A stretch of DNA of 64,000 nt from an uncultured Gammaproteobacteria bacterium (GCA_964396715.1 CAYNFQ010000003.1:565-64564); one strand, 5' to 3'. Numbered from the stretch's first letter, positions 17,771-26,980 are shown. Numbers and translations: made by a program. The notes: a model not told the origin generated them from the letters alone.

Positions 17771-18739
17771 TTATACTCTTACTTTGGCACGATTAGAGAG
17801 ACGTCTTGCTAGTGCATCTTTGACTTTTGCTGCAGCCCAGGGTGGGATATCTTGACCAGTTGCAGTTGCAAAACGTAAAGCTCCTATTAGGGTTGGTCTG
17901 CCTCCAAGACTTATAACCTCACTTATTGCATATCCTCCTTTTATAGCTTCCTGAGGACCCATGTTTTTTGGTATGTATGTTAGAGCTCTTAAAGGATTAT
18001 CGTCATGAGTATCCGGATTAATAAGGGCTGTTGCATGTATTCTTCCAGCAAGATCCCTATCATATATCTTTCTTGTCCCGGAAAAGAAACCACCTAATCT
18101 ACGTCCCCAAGTAGTATCATATTCAATACCGTCCAAACCTTCCCCGTCTGATTCTTCTAATTCAAGGATGGCTCTTGACGACAAAGAAAAAAATCTTGCA
18201 CCAGGATGAGCTCCAATAAAGTAAACCTTTTCACCACCAATATCTCTACCCTCTTTTACTGTATCTATCAGTGATCTGCCTACTTTTACAAGTCTATCTA
18301 AACCAACTATGAGAAGATGGCGTTTCCCCCAGGTACTGGTTTCTGTTGCCGGAATATTATTAATTGGCAAACCAAACTCATCTATTAATCTCTGGGCTAT
18401 AAAATATGCCTCAAGAGTATCATGTCCTGTAATAGCCAAATGCTCAACACCTGCAGCTACCGTTTTTATCACCAACCATCTGGGGTCATCCTGACCATCG
18501 TCTCCTCTCACCTTTGTGTGCTGATGCATACTAAGTTTCACCTCGCCAAGATGAGCGGCATCGTAAAATGCTAATCCAGCAATAACACTAGCAGGGAGAA
18601 TAATATCACGGGCAACATTAATTAATTGACCAGGATTAAGCTCAGGAACATCACGCAATATTTCTAAAAATTTATTACGGACAGGTGGTGGAACTACACC
18701 CCGAATTTCTTCAAGAAAATGTTCAGTTAGTCTGGGCAT
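17771..18739 (-). CDS. Hypothetical protein with locally elevated GC; weak resemblance to PHP-domain metal-dependent phosphoesterases
   Basis: Motifs SMHQHTKVRGDDG, LAITGHDTLEAY and INPDTHDDNP loosely resemble PHP motifs I, II and the C-terminal GSDAH. Composition is visibly GC-richer than the neighbours. Confidence 0.25.
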   Translation of the reverse strand: MPRLTEHFLEEIRGVVPPPVRNKFLEILRDVPELNPGQLINVARDIILPASVIAGLAFYDAAHLGEVKLSMHQHTKVRGDDGQDDPRWLVIKTVAAGVEHLAITGHDTLEAYFIAQRLIDEFGLPINNIPATETSTWGKRHLLIVGLDRLVKVGRSLIDTVKEGRDIGGEKVYFIGAHPGARFFSLSSRAILELEESDGEGLDGIEYDTTWGRRLGGFFSGTRKIYDRDLAGRIHATALINPDTHDDNPLRALTYIPKNMGPQEAIKGGYAISEVISLGGRPTLIGALRFATATGQDIPPWAAAKVKDALARRLSNRAKVRV

Positions 18740-18836
18740 TTTTTATATTATAACTATCGTCATAATGCATAAAATTATACATTATTAGGAGATAAATATC
18801 AAACTATAGGATTACTTTTAGATATAAAGTCAAAAT

Positions 18837-19949
18837 TTAAACCACTTTCTCCCAGGGGAATTCTTCACGGCCAAAATGACCATAGCTGGCAGTTGGTAAA
18901 TAGATTGGCCTTTGTAAATCCAAACCTTGTAAAATTCCTGAAACTGAAGTATCCAAAATTTTATCCATAAAGGAAAGCAATACTTTGTGAGATTTTTTGG
19001 CAGTGCCAAAAGTTTCCACATCTTCCATAGTGGGTTTTTTAGCCCCAATAAAATATGCCAGTCTCACTTCTGCTTTTTCAGCTAGCCCATTTGCCACAAT
19101 ATTTTTGGCTAAAAATCTGGCTGCATATGCCCCGCCTCTATCTACTTTTGAGGGCTCTTTACCGGAAAAACATCCTCCGCCAACTCTGGCATAACCGCCA
19201 TATGTATCCACCACAATTTTTCTGCCGGTTAATCCGCAATCAGAGGCCGGTCCGCCATTGTGCCAGATTCCTGTACCATTAACAATTAAATCATTCTTTT
19301 TTATTTTAAACCCAAACATCTCCAATACCGGTATAACTATAAAATTATAAACATCATCTTTTACCTCATCTAAATTTACGGATTCTTTATGAGGTACAGC
19401 TATGACAACTTGAGTTACTCTGATAGGTTTTCCGTCATTGTATTCTATAGTTACTTGAGATTTTCCATCCGGCCTTAAATACTTAATAATATTCTCTTCT
19501 CTAACAGTATCCATTCTTTTGGTCAAAGAGTGTGCCATCATAATAGGCAGCGGCATTAAAGAGTTTGTCTCCTTACAAGCAAAACCAAACATCATCCCCT
19601 GATCTCCTGCCCCTTTTTTCTTAACCCCCACGGCAATTTCCGGGGATTGTTCATGAACAAATACTTCAATTGGAGACTGATCTGAAAAATTAAATTTAGG
19701 ATCTGTATAGCCTAATCTTTTTATTTGCTCTCTGGCAATTTTTTTAAAATCTATTTTGGCTTTTGCTCCAATTTCCCCGGCAATAATTAATCTGTCATTT
19801 CCTGCCAGACATTCAATGGCAGTCCTGCCCTGTGGGTCTTGAGCTAAAACTGCATCCAAAATGGCATCGGAAATCTGGTCGCAAATTTTGTCCGGATGAC
19901 CGCTACAGACTGATTCAGAAGTAAAAGTTGTAATGCCGTTTTTTGCCAT
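18837..19949 (-). CDS. metK: S-adenosylmethionine synthetase
   Basis: GHPDKICDQISDAILD, GAGDQGMMFG and the C-terminal metK signature. Confidence 0.9.
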   Translation of the reverse strand: MAKNGITTFTSESVCSGHPDKICDQISDAILDAVLAQDPQGRTAIECLAGNDRLIIAGEIGAKAKIDFKKIAREQIKRLGYTDPKFNFSDQSPIEVFVHEQSPEIAVGVKKKGAGDQGMMFGFACKETNSLMPLPIMMAHSLTKRMDTVREENIIKYLRPDGKSQVTIEYNDGKPIRVTQVVIAVPHKESVNLDEVKDDVYNFIVIPVLEMFGFKIKKNDLIVNGTGIWHNGGPASDCGLTGRKIVVDTYGGYARVGGGCFSGKEPSKVDRGGAYAARFLAKNIVANGLAEKAEVRLAYFIGAKKPTMEDVETFGTAKKSHKVLLSFMDKILDTSVSGILQGLDLQRPIYLPTASYGHFGREEFPWEKVV

Positions 19950-20122
19950 AAGTTTTCCCTTTCGGGCACATCATTTTGGCACCGTTAACTTATCGGTTGT
20001 CGCTACGTTCATGTAAACTGAACGTAGACTCTTGATGCAATATTATTTAACCATACATCAGCTATTTTGGCAAGTGACGAATATAGTGAGTCATCCTGAG
20101 CGACCAAAGGGAGTCGAAGGAT

Positions 20123-21523
20123 CTATTTCTCAAAAACCGCATGTTTTTTAATCAGACCAATCATTTTATTTTTAGTCCCTTCAATATCTCCACCTAACTC
20201 AACTTCTACATTAAGTCTTAGAAGAGGTTCTGTATTGGAAGAGCGAAGTGATAATCTCCAGTCAGCAAAAGAAATTGATACCCCGTCTAATTCTGACACT
20301 TCACCCTCCGGGAATTCTTTCTTTATTGCCTCCATCACTTCTTTGGCATTTTTTACTTCAAAATTATACTCCCCTGATTCATGAGACCTTCTTAAACTAT
20401 CAACAATTTCTGAAAGTTTTTTACCCTCTTCTGTCATTACCTTAAGAATAATTAAAATCATGGGAATTTGAGATTCTGCATTACCTGTTTCCTTAAAAAA
20501 ATAATGTGATGAAGACTCTCCTGCAAAAACTCCGCCTGTCTCATGCAGTTTTTCTGTAATAAATGAATGGCCTACCTTTGTGATAACAAAAGTTCCACCC
20601 AACTCCTCAACAATTTTTTTAGGAGTCATTATATATCTGATATCCCCTAAAACCGTTGCTCCTTTGTGTTTTTTTAAAACCTCTCTGGCTACAATTGCAG
20701 TAATAATAGACGGAGGAACAATTTCTCCTTTTTCATCAATAAAAAATAACCTGTCCCCATCCCCATCAGGAGCCAGTCCTAAATCAGCACCCTCTTTAAC
20801 TACTCTTTTTTGCAAATCAACTAAAGTTTCTTTTTGCAAAGGATCTGCCTGATGTGCAGGAAAAGTTCCATCCAGTTCAAAATTCATCTTTATTAATTCA
20901 CCGGGGATATGTTTAAATAACTCCTCAATATATAAAGCCCCCAAAGCATTAGCAGCATCAGCCACAACTTTATAGGAATTTAAGATTGGGTTTCCGGCAA
21001 TCCTTAAAGCATTTTCTACTTCCTCCACAACTACTCCCATCTTTTTGGTAATAGATCCACCATCTACTTTTGGTAGATCTATTCCTTCAATTGCCATTTT
21101 CTTAATATCATCCATGCCAGTAGATTTACCAATCTTGACTAAACCTGTAGGAGATTTTCTAACTATTTTTATGCCGTTATATTCTTTGGGATTATGGGAA
21201 GCAGTAATCTGTACACCTCCATCTAACCCCCCTTTAAAAACTGCATAATAAAAGGTGGGGGTAGAAACAATTCCTAAATCTATTACTTTAGCACCTAACT
21301 TAATTAATGTTTTAGTAACATTTTCAAATAGGGCAGGGGAGGATAGTCTCATATCACGCCCCACAGCTACAGTTAAAGGACCCACAGAATTTAATTGATC
21401 TAGTATTAGTTTATAAATTGCTCTGGTGATAGGAATAGCAAATTCTTCATTTATTTCTTCAGGGTATACGCCTCTAATATCATAGCTTTTAAAAATCTTC
21501 TCCGGAGGAATTTGCTTATCCAT
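20123..21523 (-). CDS. Phosphohexomutase (phosphoglucosamine mutase / phosphomannomutase family)
   Basis: Active-site TASHNP, Mg-binding DGDGDR and the sugar-binding region. Confidence 0.75.
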   Translation of the reverse strand: MDKQIPPEKIFKSYDIRGVYPEEINEEFAIPITRAIYKLILDQLNSVGPLTVAVGRDMRLSSPALFENVTKTLIKLGAKVIDLGIVSTPTFYYAVFKGGLDGGVQITASHNPKEYNGIKIVRKSPTGLVKIGKSTGMDDIKKMAIEGIDLPKVDGGSITKKMGVVVEEVENALRIAGNPILNSYKVVADAANALGALYIEELFKHIPGELIKMNFELDGTFPAHQADPLQKETLVDLQKRVVKEGADLGLAPDGDGDRLFFIDEKGEIVPPSIITAIVAREVLKKHKGATVLGDIRYIMTPKKIVEELGGTFVITKVGHSFITEKLHETGGVFAGESSSHYFFKETGNAESQIPMILIILKVMTEEGKKLSEIVDSLRRSHESGEYNFEVKNAKEVMEAIKKEFPEGEVSELDGVSISFADWRLSLRSSNTEPLLRLNVEVELGGDIEGTKNKMIGLIKKHAVFEK

Positions 21524-22018
21524 TTAGTATCTAAATATTTTACCAGACTCGTGCAAGAAATACACCCAAGAGTGTATAATCAAATTATGTTTGACTGGAA
21601 GATTTTGGCAATTGCTACTCCTTTGCTTTTTGTCATTTACCAAACACTTTCCAAGTTTTTGCCAAAAGATGTTTCTGTGTTTTTAGTTAATGCTTATGCT
21701 TCATTTATTGGATTTTTGATAATGTTAGCTTTTCATCTTTTAACTTCATCTGATAAATCATTAATATTGGGAGCAAAATATCTGCCAATTGCTTTTGGAA
21801 TTGGAGCATTAATAGGGGTTGGAAATTATGGAATTATAAAAGCTTATACCTTGGGTGCTCCCCAATCTTTATTTACCATAATTTTTTATATAACTTTAAT
21901 TATTTATGGCATACTTTTTGGGGTTTTAATTTGGCATGAGAAATTAAATATGTTCCAGATAGTTGGTATGATTATGGCAATTGCCGGAATATTTATAACA
22001 GTATATTTTAAAAAATAA
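21512..22018 (+). CDS. Small membrane protein (EamA/DMT-like half transporter)
   Basis: Four or five predicted TM helices, 168 aa. Confidence 0.3.
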   Translation: MLIHLVSKYFTRLVQEIHPRVYNQIMFDWKILAIATPLLFVIYQTLSKFLPKDVSVFLVNAYASFIGFLIMLAFHLLTSSDKSLILGAKYLPIAFGIGALIGVGNYGIIKAYTLGAPQSLFTIIFYITLIIYGILFGVLIWHEKLNMFQIVGMIMAIAGIFITVYFKK

Positions 22019-22130
22019 TTCTGTACCAATTATTCGAATAATCGAACAAGATAATCTGCTCTAATGATTCGTATCATTTTAATGTATAACCCCTAGAAGA
22101 CAAAAATAAGAAAAATGATATAAAATATAG

Positions 22131-22940
22131 GTGATGAAGCAACCGATAATCACACTATCTTCTGACTTTGGAATTCAAAGTCAGGGAATTGGAAATATGG
22201 AAGGAGTAATTGCTCAAATTGCCCCTAATACTCGGGTTATTCATTTAATGCATGGAATACCCAATTTTGATATAAGAACTGCTGCCAGGACAATGGAGGT
22301 TGTAAATTTTATGCCAGTTGGTTTTCATGTTTGTATAGTTGATCCGGGTGTAGGTACAAAAAGAAGAGCAATTATAATTCAGGTTGAAAGAGGAGATTAC
22401 TTAATTGGGCCTGACAATGGAGTTCTTATTTCTGCAGTTAACATCTTAGGTGGAGCTAAAAAAATAGTAGAGATTACAAATCCCAAATATATGATAAAAC
22501 CAGTTTCACCAATTTTTCATGGTAGACATATTTTTGCTCCAGCTGCAGCATATCTGTCAAATGGTGTTCCAATAGAAGAATTTGGCCCTAGGCTAGAGTT
22601 TGATCAATTAGTTTCAGCTCCCTATTCAGAAGCTACTATTAAAGATGACATCATAAATTCTGAGGTTATAAACATTAATAAATTTGGCTCCCTCAATCTT
22701 AATATACTTCATTCAACCTGGGATAAATTAAATCTTTCCTCTCATCAGATTGTCCAGGTTACCTTTAAAGGTAAAACCATAAGTCTTCCTTTTGTAGAAA
22801 CTTTTGGGGCTGTTGAAGAAGGGAAACCTGTAATCCTTAAAGATGATTATGGAAGAGTGGAAATAGCCATTAATTTAGGAGATTTTGCAAAGAAATATAA
22901 TATCCGAGTTGGAGATTTTTTTGTAATCAAGAAACTTTAG
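22131..22940 (+). CDS. SAM hydroxide adenosyltransferase (DUF62 / fluorinase-like SAM hydrolase family)
   Basis: ITLSSDFG, CIVDPGVGTKRR and GPDNGVL motifs of the SAM-dependent halogenase/hydrolase family. Confidence 0.6.
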   Translation: MMKQPIITLSSDFGIQSQGIGNMEGVIAQIAPNTRVIHLMHGIPNFDIRTAARTMEVVNFMPVGFHVCIVDPGVGTKRRAIIIQVERGDYLIGPDNGVLISAVNILGGAKKIVEITNPKYMIKPVSPIFHGRHIFAPAAAYLSNGVPIEEFGPRLEFDQLVSAPYSEATIKDDIINSEVININKFGSLNLNILHSTWDKLNLSSHQIVQVTFKGKTISLPFVETFGAVEEGKPVILKDDYGRVEIAINLGDFAKKYNIRVGDFFVIKKL

Positions 22941-23242
22941 CGTTTTGGAGACTGTTTTTTAGCTCTTTTCTTAGCATAAACTTTAGTATGGTGTCCAATA
23001 TCTAGGAATCGGACTGTGGTTTTACTAGTCCATTTATAAATTATTCTTATACCGTTTGTGATACTAAATGCCCATTTTCCCGTCATTGGTTTTGTTAGTG
23101 GGTGACTATCTAAACGCGTGTCCTCTGGGTTTTTCTTAAACCAGATAATCCTTTTCTCAATTTCTTTATCTAAATCTGGATTCTCAAATACTGTGTTTTC
23201 TAAGGCTTTATCATAATTCCCAGTTTGCTTAACTTTTACCAT
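22937..23242 (-). CDS. RelE/YoeB-family type II toxin
   Basis: HPLTKPMTGKWAFSI...RIIYKW...FLDIGHHTKVY matches the RelE/YoeB/YafQ core. It overlaps the upstream RHH gene by 14 nt. Confidence 0.5.
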   Translation of the reverse strand: MVKVKQTGNYDKALENTVFENPDLDKEIEKRIIWFKKNPEDTRLDSHPLTKPMTGKWAFSITNGIRIIYKWTSKTTVRFLDIGHHTKVYAKKRAKKQSPKR

Positions 23243-23528
23243 GCCTTCTTTTTTCTACTCTTTTACGCAAATCACGGAAATAATTATGAACATCTTCTTC
23301 TGTTTCTAAAACAATATCGTTTTCTTCAGGTTCCTTCTCAGCCTGCAAAACTCTGTTCTCAAACCATCTTGGGAATCCATTTTCAGTAATTTCTTCTTCT
23401 TGATAAACAATTTTTCTTAGAGCATCCCGCACAAGCTCGGAAATAGAAGCATATCTTCGTTCTACCACCATTTTTTTGGCATCTTTGTACATTTCTTTTG
23501 GTAATGAAATGTTAACCGTAGTTGTCAT
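23229..23528 (-). CDS. Ribbon-helix-helix (ParD/CopG-like) antitoxin
   Basis: MTTTVNISLPKEMYKDAKKMVVERRYASISELVRDALRKI is the ParD-like RHH signature. Confidence 0.5.
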   Translation of the reverse strand: MTTTVNISLPKEMYKDAKKMVVERRYASISELVRDALRKIVYQEEEITENGFPRWFENRVLQAEKEPEENDIVLETEEDVHNYFRDLRKRVEKRRHGKS

Positions 23529-23586
23529 AGAGAATGATTATATTGTATGATATTCATACAAACTTTGTCAATTAACAGCATTGAAA

Positions 23587-24000
23587 TTAACGTTTTGGGG
23601 ACTGCTTTTTTGCCCTTGCTTTTCCGGCATGACCGTATTTTCTTCTTTCTTTAACCCTGGCATCACGCGTTAAAAGTCCCTCTTTTTTCAAAACTGTCCG
23701 CAAAGTTGGTTCTACTTTAGCAAGAGCCCTGGAAACTCCATGTATAACTGCCTCCAGTTGTGAAACCCTTCCTCCTCCTGTAACTTTTGCAGAAATTGTA
23801 TATTTACCAACTGTCTTTGTAATCTCCAAAGGTTTTTGATAAATCTTTTGAAAAATTGCTCCGGCAAAATACTGGGCAATTGGTTTTCCATTAACAGTAA
23901 TTTGTCCCTGGCCCGGAGAAATTCTCACCCTGGCCACTGCTTCTTTTCTTCTCCCTACAGTATTTACACCAATTCCTTTTTTTACAGCCTTTGGTTCCAT
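23587..24000 (-). CDS. rpsI: 30S ribosomal protein S9. The likely true start is MEPKAV at 24000; the ORF-track start at 24021 overlaps rplM.
   Basis: GRRKEAVARVRI...GGGRVSQLEAV...ends KKQSPKR. Confidence 0.9.
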   Translation of the reverse strand: MEPKAVKKGIGVNTVGRRKEAVARVRISPGQGQITVNGKPIAQYFAGAIFQKIYQKPLEITKTVGKYTISAKVTGGGRVSQLEAVIHGVSRALAKVEPTLRTVLKKEGLLTRDARVKERRKYGHAGKARAKKQSPKR

Positions 24001-24001
24001 A

Positions 24002-24394
24002 TTATATTTTTTCTCCTGCATATACTTTTAATTTCTTTATCATTTTTTTACCTAATTTATTACCCGGCAACATTCCTGCTACTGCATGCTCTATGACATA
24101 TTCAGGGCGTCTTTCAATCATTTTCTCAAAAGTCTCCACTCTTAAGCCTCCGGGATAACCTGAATGTCTGGTGTACTTTTTCTCTTGCATTTTTTTACCG
24201 GATAATTTAATTTTGGCAGCATTGATGACCACCACATAATCTCCCATATCTAAATATGGAACATACGCTGGTTTATTTTTGCCCATCAAAATCTTTGCCA
24301 CCTCTGTTGCCAGTCTGCCCAAAATTTTACCAGATGCATCAATATTATGCGTTTGTCTTTGAATATTCTTTCCTGAAACTACATTGGTACTCAT
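24002..24394 (-). CDS. rplM: 50S ribosomal protein L13
   Basis: IDASGKILGRLATEVAKIL, PGNKLG. Confidence 0.9.
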   Translation of the reverse strand: MSTNVVSGKNIQRQTHNIDASGKILGRLATEVAKILMGKNKPAYVPYLDMGDYVVVINAAKIKLSGKKMQEKKYTRHSGYPGGLRVETFEKMIERRPEYVIEHAVAGMLPGNKLGKKMIKKLKVYAGEKI

Positions 24395-24918
24395 TTAGAT
24401 GTTTTCCTTATTGTTGTTTTCTTTGCTGTTACTTTTTTAACTGTAGCGACTTTTCTGACAACCGGCTTTTTAATCTTGTCTGTTTTCTTACTTATCACTT
24501 GCTCGCCACGCTTCGCTTGCGAAGCGGGTATCTTGTTACTTGTTACTTGTTCTAAAGGTTTTAACTCTTCAGCCCCAATAATACTCATTTTAACTACAGT
24601 TGTACTATCTCCTTCTCTTGCTCCCATTCTTATCATACTGGTATATCCGGAAATTCTATTTCCCAGTTTCGGAGCTATTTCTTTTATTAATCTTTCTTGT
24701 AGTAATTTATTGGAAAAATATGCTTGGAGTAATCTTTGGGAATTTTTACTCTTGGCCAAATTGATAATTTTATCAGCCAACCCTTTTATTGCCTTAGCTT
24801 TAGCCTCTGAAGTAGTTAAGTTTCCATGCAGGAAAAGCTCCTGCACTAAGCTTTTAAAGAGTGCTCGTCTTTCATTTTTATTTCTTCCCAGTTTTTTACC
24901 ATAAACTCTATGCCTCAC
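24391..24918 (-). CDS. rplQ: 50S ribosomal protein L17 with a Lys-rich C-terminal extension
   Basis: MRHRVYGKKLGRNKNERRAL, RMGAREGD. The tail contains a heptamer array and a palindrome. Confidence 0.9.
   Translation of the reverse strand: MRHRVYGKKLGRNKNERRALFKSLVQELFLHGNLTTSEAKAKAIKGLADKIINLAKSKNSQRLLQAYFSNKLLQERLIKEIAPKLGNRISGYTSMIRMGAREGDSTTVVKMSIIGAEELKPLEQVTSNKIPASQAKRGEQVISKKTDKIKKPVVRKVATVKKVTAKKTTIRKTSK
24499..24542. repeat. GC palindrome cgcttcgc-tt-gcgaagcg plus (CTTGTTA)x3 inside the L17 C-terminal tail, encoding EQVTSNKIPASQAKR
   Basis: Seen directly. Confidence 0.85.
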
Positions 24919-25813
24919 GCAGAGTCAACCCCCTCTCTGAGAGCTTTTCGGATATCAGACTTAATGATTTGGTACCCAAATTTTTGGCTTTCAAAAGTTG
25001 CGGGCGGGGAATATTAATCAGATCTTCAATGGTATTTAACTCAATTGCCTTTAAGGCATTGGTAATCCGAACCGGCAGATCCAGTTCTTCAATGGTAAGT
25101 TTTAGCAACTCTTCTGAGATTGTCGAAGAAACATTATCTACCTCTTCTTCTTGATCCGGCTCGTAAACTTTTCTGAAAGTCTCGGAAAGGATCTTTGACG
25201 CCTCAAGTAAGGCCTCCATCGGAGTTACCACACCATTGGTGGTGATATCCAAACTCAATTTATCAAAATTCGTGCTTCTGCCAACTCTGGTAGGTTCTAC
25301 TGTATAATTTACCGCCACAACCGGACTAAAAAGCGCATCAACTGAAATTGCCCCAATCTCGGGCAGTTTCCTCTCCTCTGCCATAGAATATCCTTTACCC
25401 CTTAAGGCAATCATCTCCATGTTAAGCTTGGATTTAGCATCTGTTAAAGTTGCAATATGCTGATCTTTGGAGATAATTTCTCCATCCCCTGCTATTTCAA
25501 AATCCGAGGCTGTAATCACCTTTTTGCCCGAAGCTTTTATGGTAAGCTTAATAGGCGTTTCTGAATTAACTCTGAGGTTAATCTTTTTAATATTTAAGAT
25601 AATTTCTATCACGTCTTCCAAAACCCCCTCAATTGTCGAGAATTGGTGTGAAACTCCGTCAATCTTGATAGATGTTACAGCAGAACCTGAAAGGGCAGTC
25701 AAAAGCACCCGCCTTAAGCTATTGCCCATGGTGTGACCAAATCCTTCTTGCAAAGGTTCTATGGCAATTTGGGCAAAATTATCTGATTCTTTATCTGTGG
25801 TAATTTTAAACAT
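24908..25813 (-). CDS. rpoA: DNA-directed RNA polymerase subunit alpha
   Basis: IEPLQEGFGHTMGNSLRRVLL plus a C-terminal domain. Confidence 0.9.
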   Translation of the reverse strand: MFKITTDKESDNFAQIAIEPLQEGFGHTMGNSLRRVLLTALSGSAVTSIKIDGVSHQFSTIEGVLEDVIEIILNIKKINLRVNSETPIKLTIKASGKKVITASDFEIAGDGEIISKDQHIATLTDAKSKLNMEMIALRGKGYSMAEERKLPEIGAISVDALFSPVVAVNYTVEPTRVGRSTNFDKLSLDITTNGVVTPMEALLEASKILSETFRKVYEPDQEEEVDNVSSTISEELLKLTIEELDLPVRITNALKAIELNTIEDLINIPRPQLLKAKNLGTKSLSLISEKLSERGLTLREA

Positions 25814-25815
25814 AA

Positions 25816-26418
25816 TTATCTTGAATAATATTCCACAATCAACTGCTCATCAATTGATTGTTCCATCTCCTCCCGTTGAGGAATTCTTAAAACCTTGCCT
25901 ACTGTAGCCTGTCTTTCAAGCCACTCCGGCAAGGTCACATTTACCTCTAAACTCTTTTTAACCTGTGCATTATCGCCTAATTTAGGCGATAATGCAATAG
26001 CCTGATCCTTCTTGACTATAAATGAAGGAATAGTCACCTTGCTATTGTCAACCAGGATATGACCGTGTGAGACCATCTGTCTTGCCTCGGCCCTGCTTGT
26101 TGCGAAACCTAACTTATAAACTACATTATCAAGCCTTGTTTCCAAAGTTTGGAGTAAACTTAAACCTGTAGAACCTTTAACTTTGGAGGCCATCTCATAA
26201 TATTTTTTAAATTGTCTCTCTAAAATTCCATACAACCTTTTTGCTTTTTGTTTTTCCCGCAGCTGCACCCCGTATTCTGAAATTCTTCTTCTTACTCTGC
26301 CGGTGTGTTGGCCGGGCGCCACAATCCCCTTTCTTTCCAAGGATTTAACATCTTTGGCAAAAAGAGGCAACCCTTCCCTTCGACTCAGTCTGCGTTTCGG
26401 ACCGGTATATCTACCCAT
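25816..26418 (-). CDS. rpsD: 30S ribosomal protein S4
   Basis: MGRYTGPKRRLSRREG, S4 domain. Confidence 0.9.
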   Translation of the reverse strand: MGRYTGPKRRLSRREGLPLFAKDVKSLERKGIVAPGQHTGRVRRRISEYGVQLREKQKAKRLYGILERQFKKYYEMASKVKGSTGLSLLQTLETRLDNVVYKLGFATSRAEARQMVSHGHILVDNSKVTIPSFIVKKDQAIALSPKLGDNAQVKKSLEVNVTLPEWLERQATVGKVLRIPQREEMEQSIDEQLIVEYYSR

Positions 26419-26440
26419 AGATTGACCTCCTGTCTATGGA

Positions 26441-26480
26441 ATTTCCAATTTGATATTTGATATTTGATATTTGATATTTG
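26441..26480. repeat. Heptamer tandem array (TTTGATA)x4-5 in the rpsK-rpsD intergenic region
   Basis: Seen directly. Confidence 0.9.
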
Positions 26481-26510
26481 CCGCCTTTGGCGAGCCTCGT
26501 CTTTGACGGG
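26479..26510. repeat. 32-bp GC-rich element tgccgcctttggcgagcctcgtctttgacggg, copy 1 (intergenic)
   Basis: Identical to 35690-35721. Confidence 0.85.
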
Positions 26511-26523
26511 AGATTTGACATTA

Positions 26524-26919
26524 CTATACCCTCCTCCTTTTTTTGGGTCTTGGCCCATTGTGGGGAATCGGTGTTACATCAGCAATCATGGTGATGTTTA
26601 TCCCCGCATTCCTTAAAGCCTTGATGGTGGCGTCTCTTCCCGTACCCGGGCCTTTGATATAAACTTCACAAGAGGTCATACCCATGGCCTTGCCTTTTTG
26701 GGCAACAGCCTCCATTGCCGAAATTGCGGCAAAGGGGGTGGCTCTTCTGGCTCCTTTAAAACCGGATGAGCCGGATGAACCCCAGGCTAAAGTATTACCA
26801 GATGCATCTGTTAAAGTTACTAAAGTATTATTAAAAGTTGCAGTCACATAGACCCTGCCGCTAGTTACTTTCTTTTCTGTTTTTTGTTTTTTTATTGATG
26901 TGATTTGTTGCTTAGCCAT
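26524..26919 (-). CDS. rpsK: 30S ribosomal protein S11
   Basis: ATFNNTLVTLTDASGNTLAWGSSG. Confidence 0.9.
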   Translation of the reverse strand: MAKQQITSIKKQKTEKKVTSGRVYVTATFNNTLVTLTDASGNTLAWGSSGSSGFKGARRATPFAAISAMEAVAQKGKAMGMTSCEVYIKGPGTGRDATIKALRNAGINITMIADVTPIPHNGPRPKKRRRV

Positions 26920-26920
26920 A

Positions 26921-26980
26921 TTCTTTTTAGTTCCTCTAATTTCTTTTTAGTTCCTCTAATTTCTTTTTAGTTCCTCCTTC
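26921..26980. repeat. 20-bp unit ttctttttagttcctctaat repeated three times in tandem (third copy degenerate). Each unit carries an SD-like AGGAAC on the coding strand; it spans the rpsM 3-prime end and the rpsK RBS.
   Basis: Seen directly. Confidence 0.9.
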
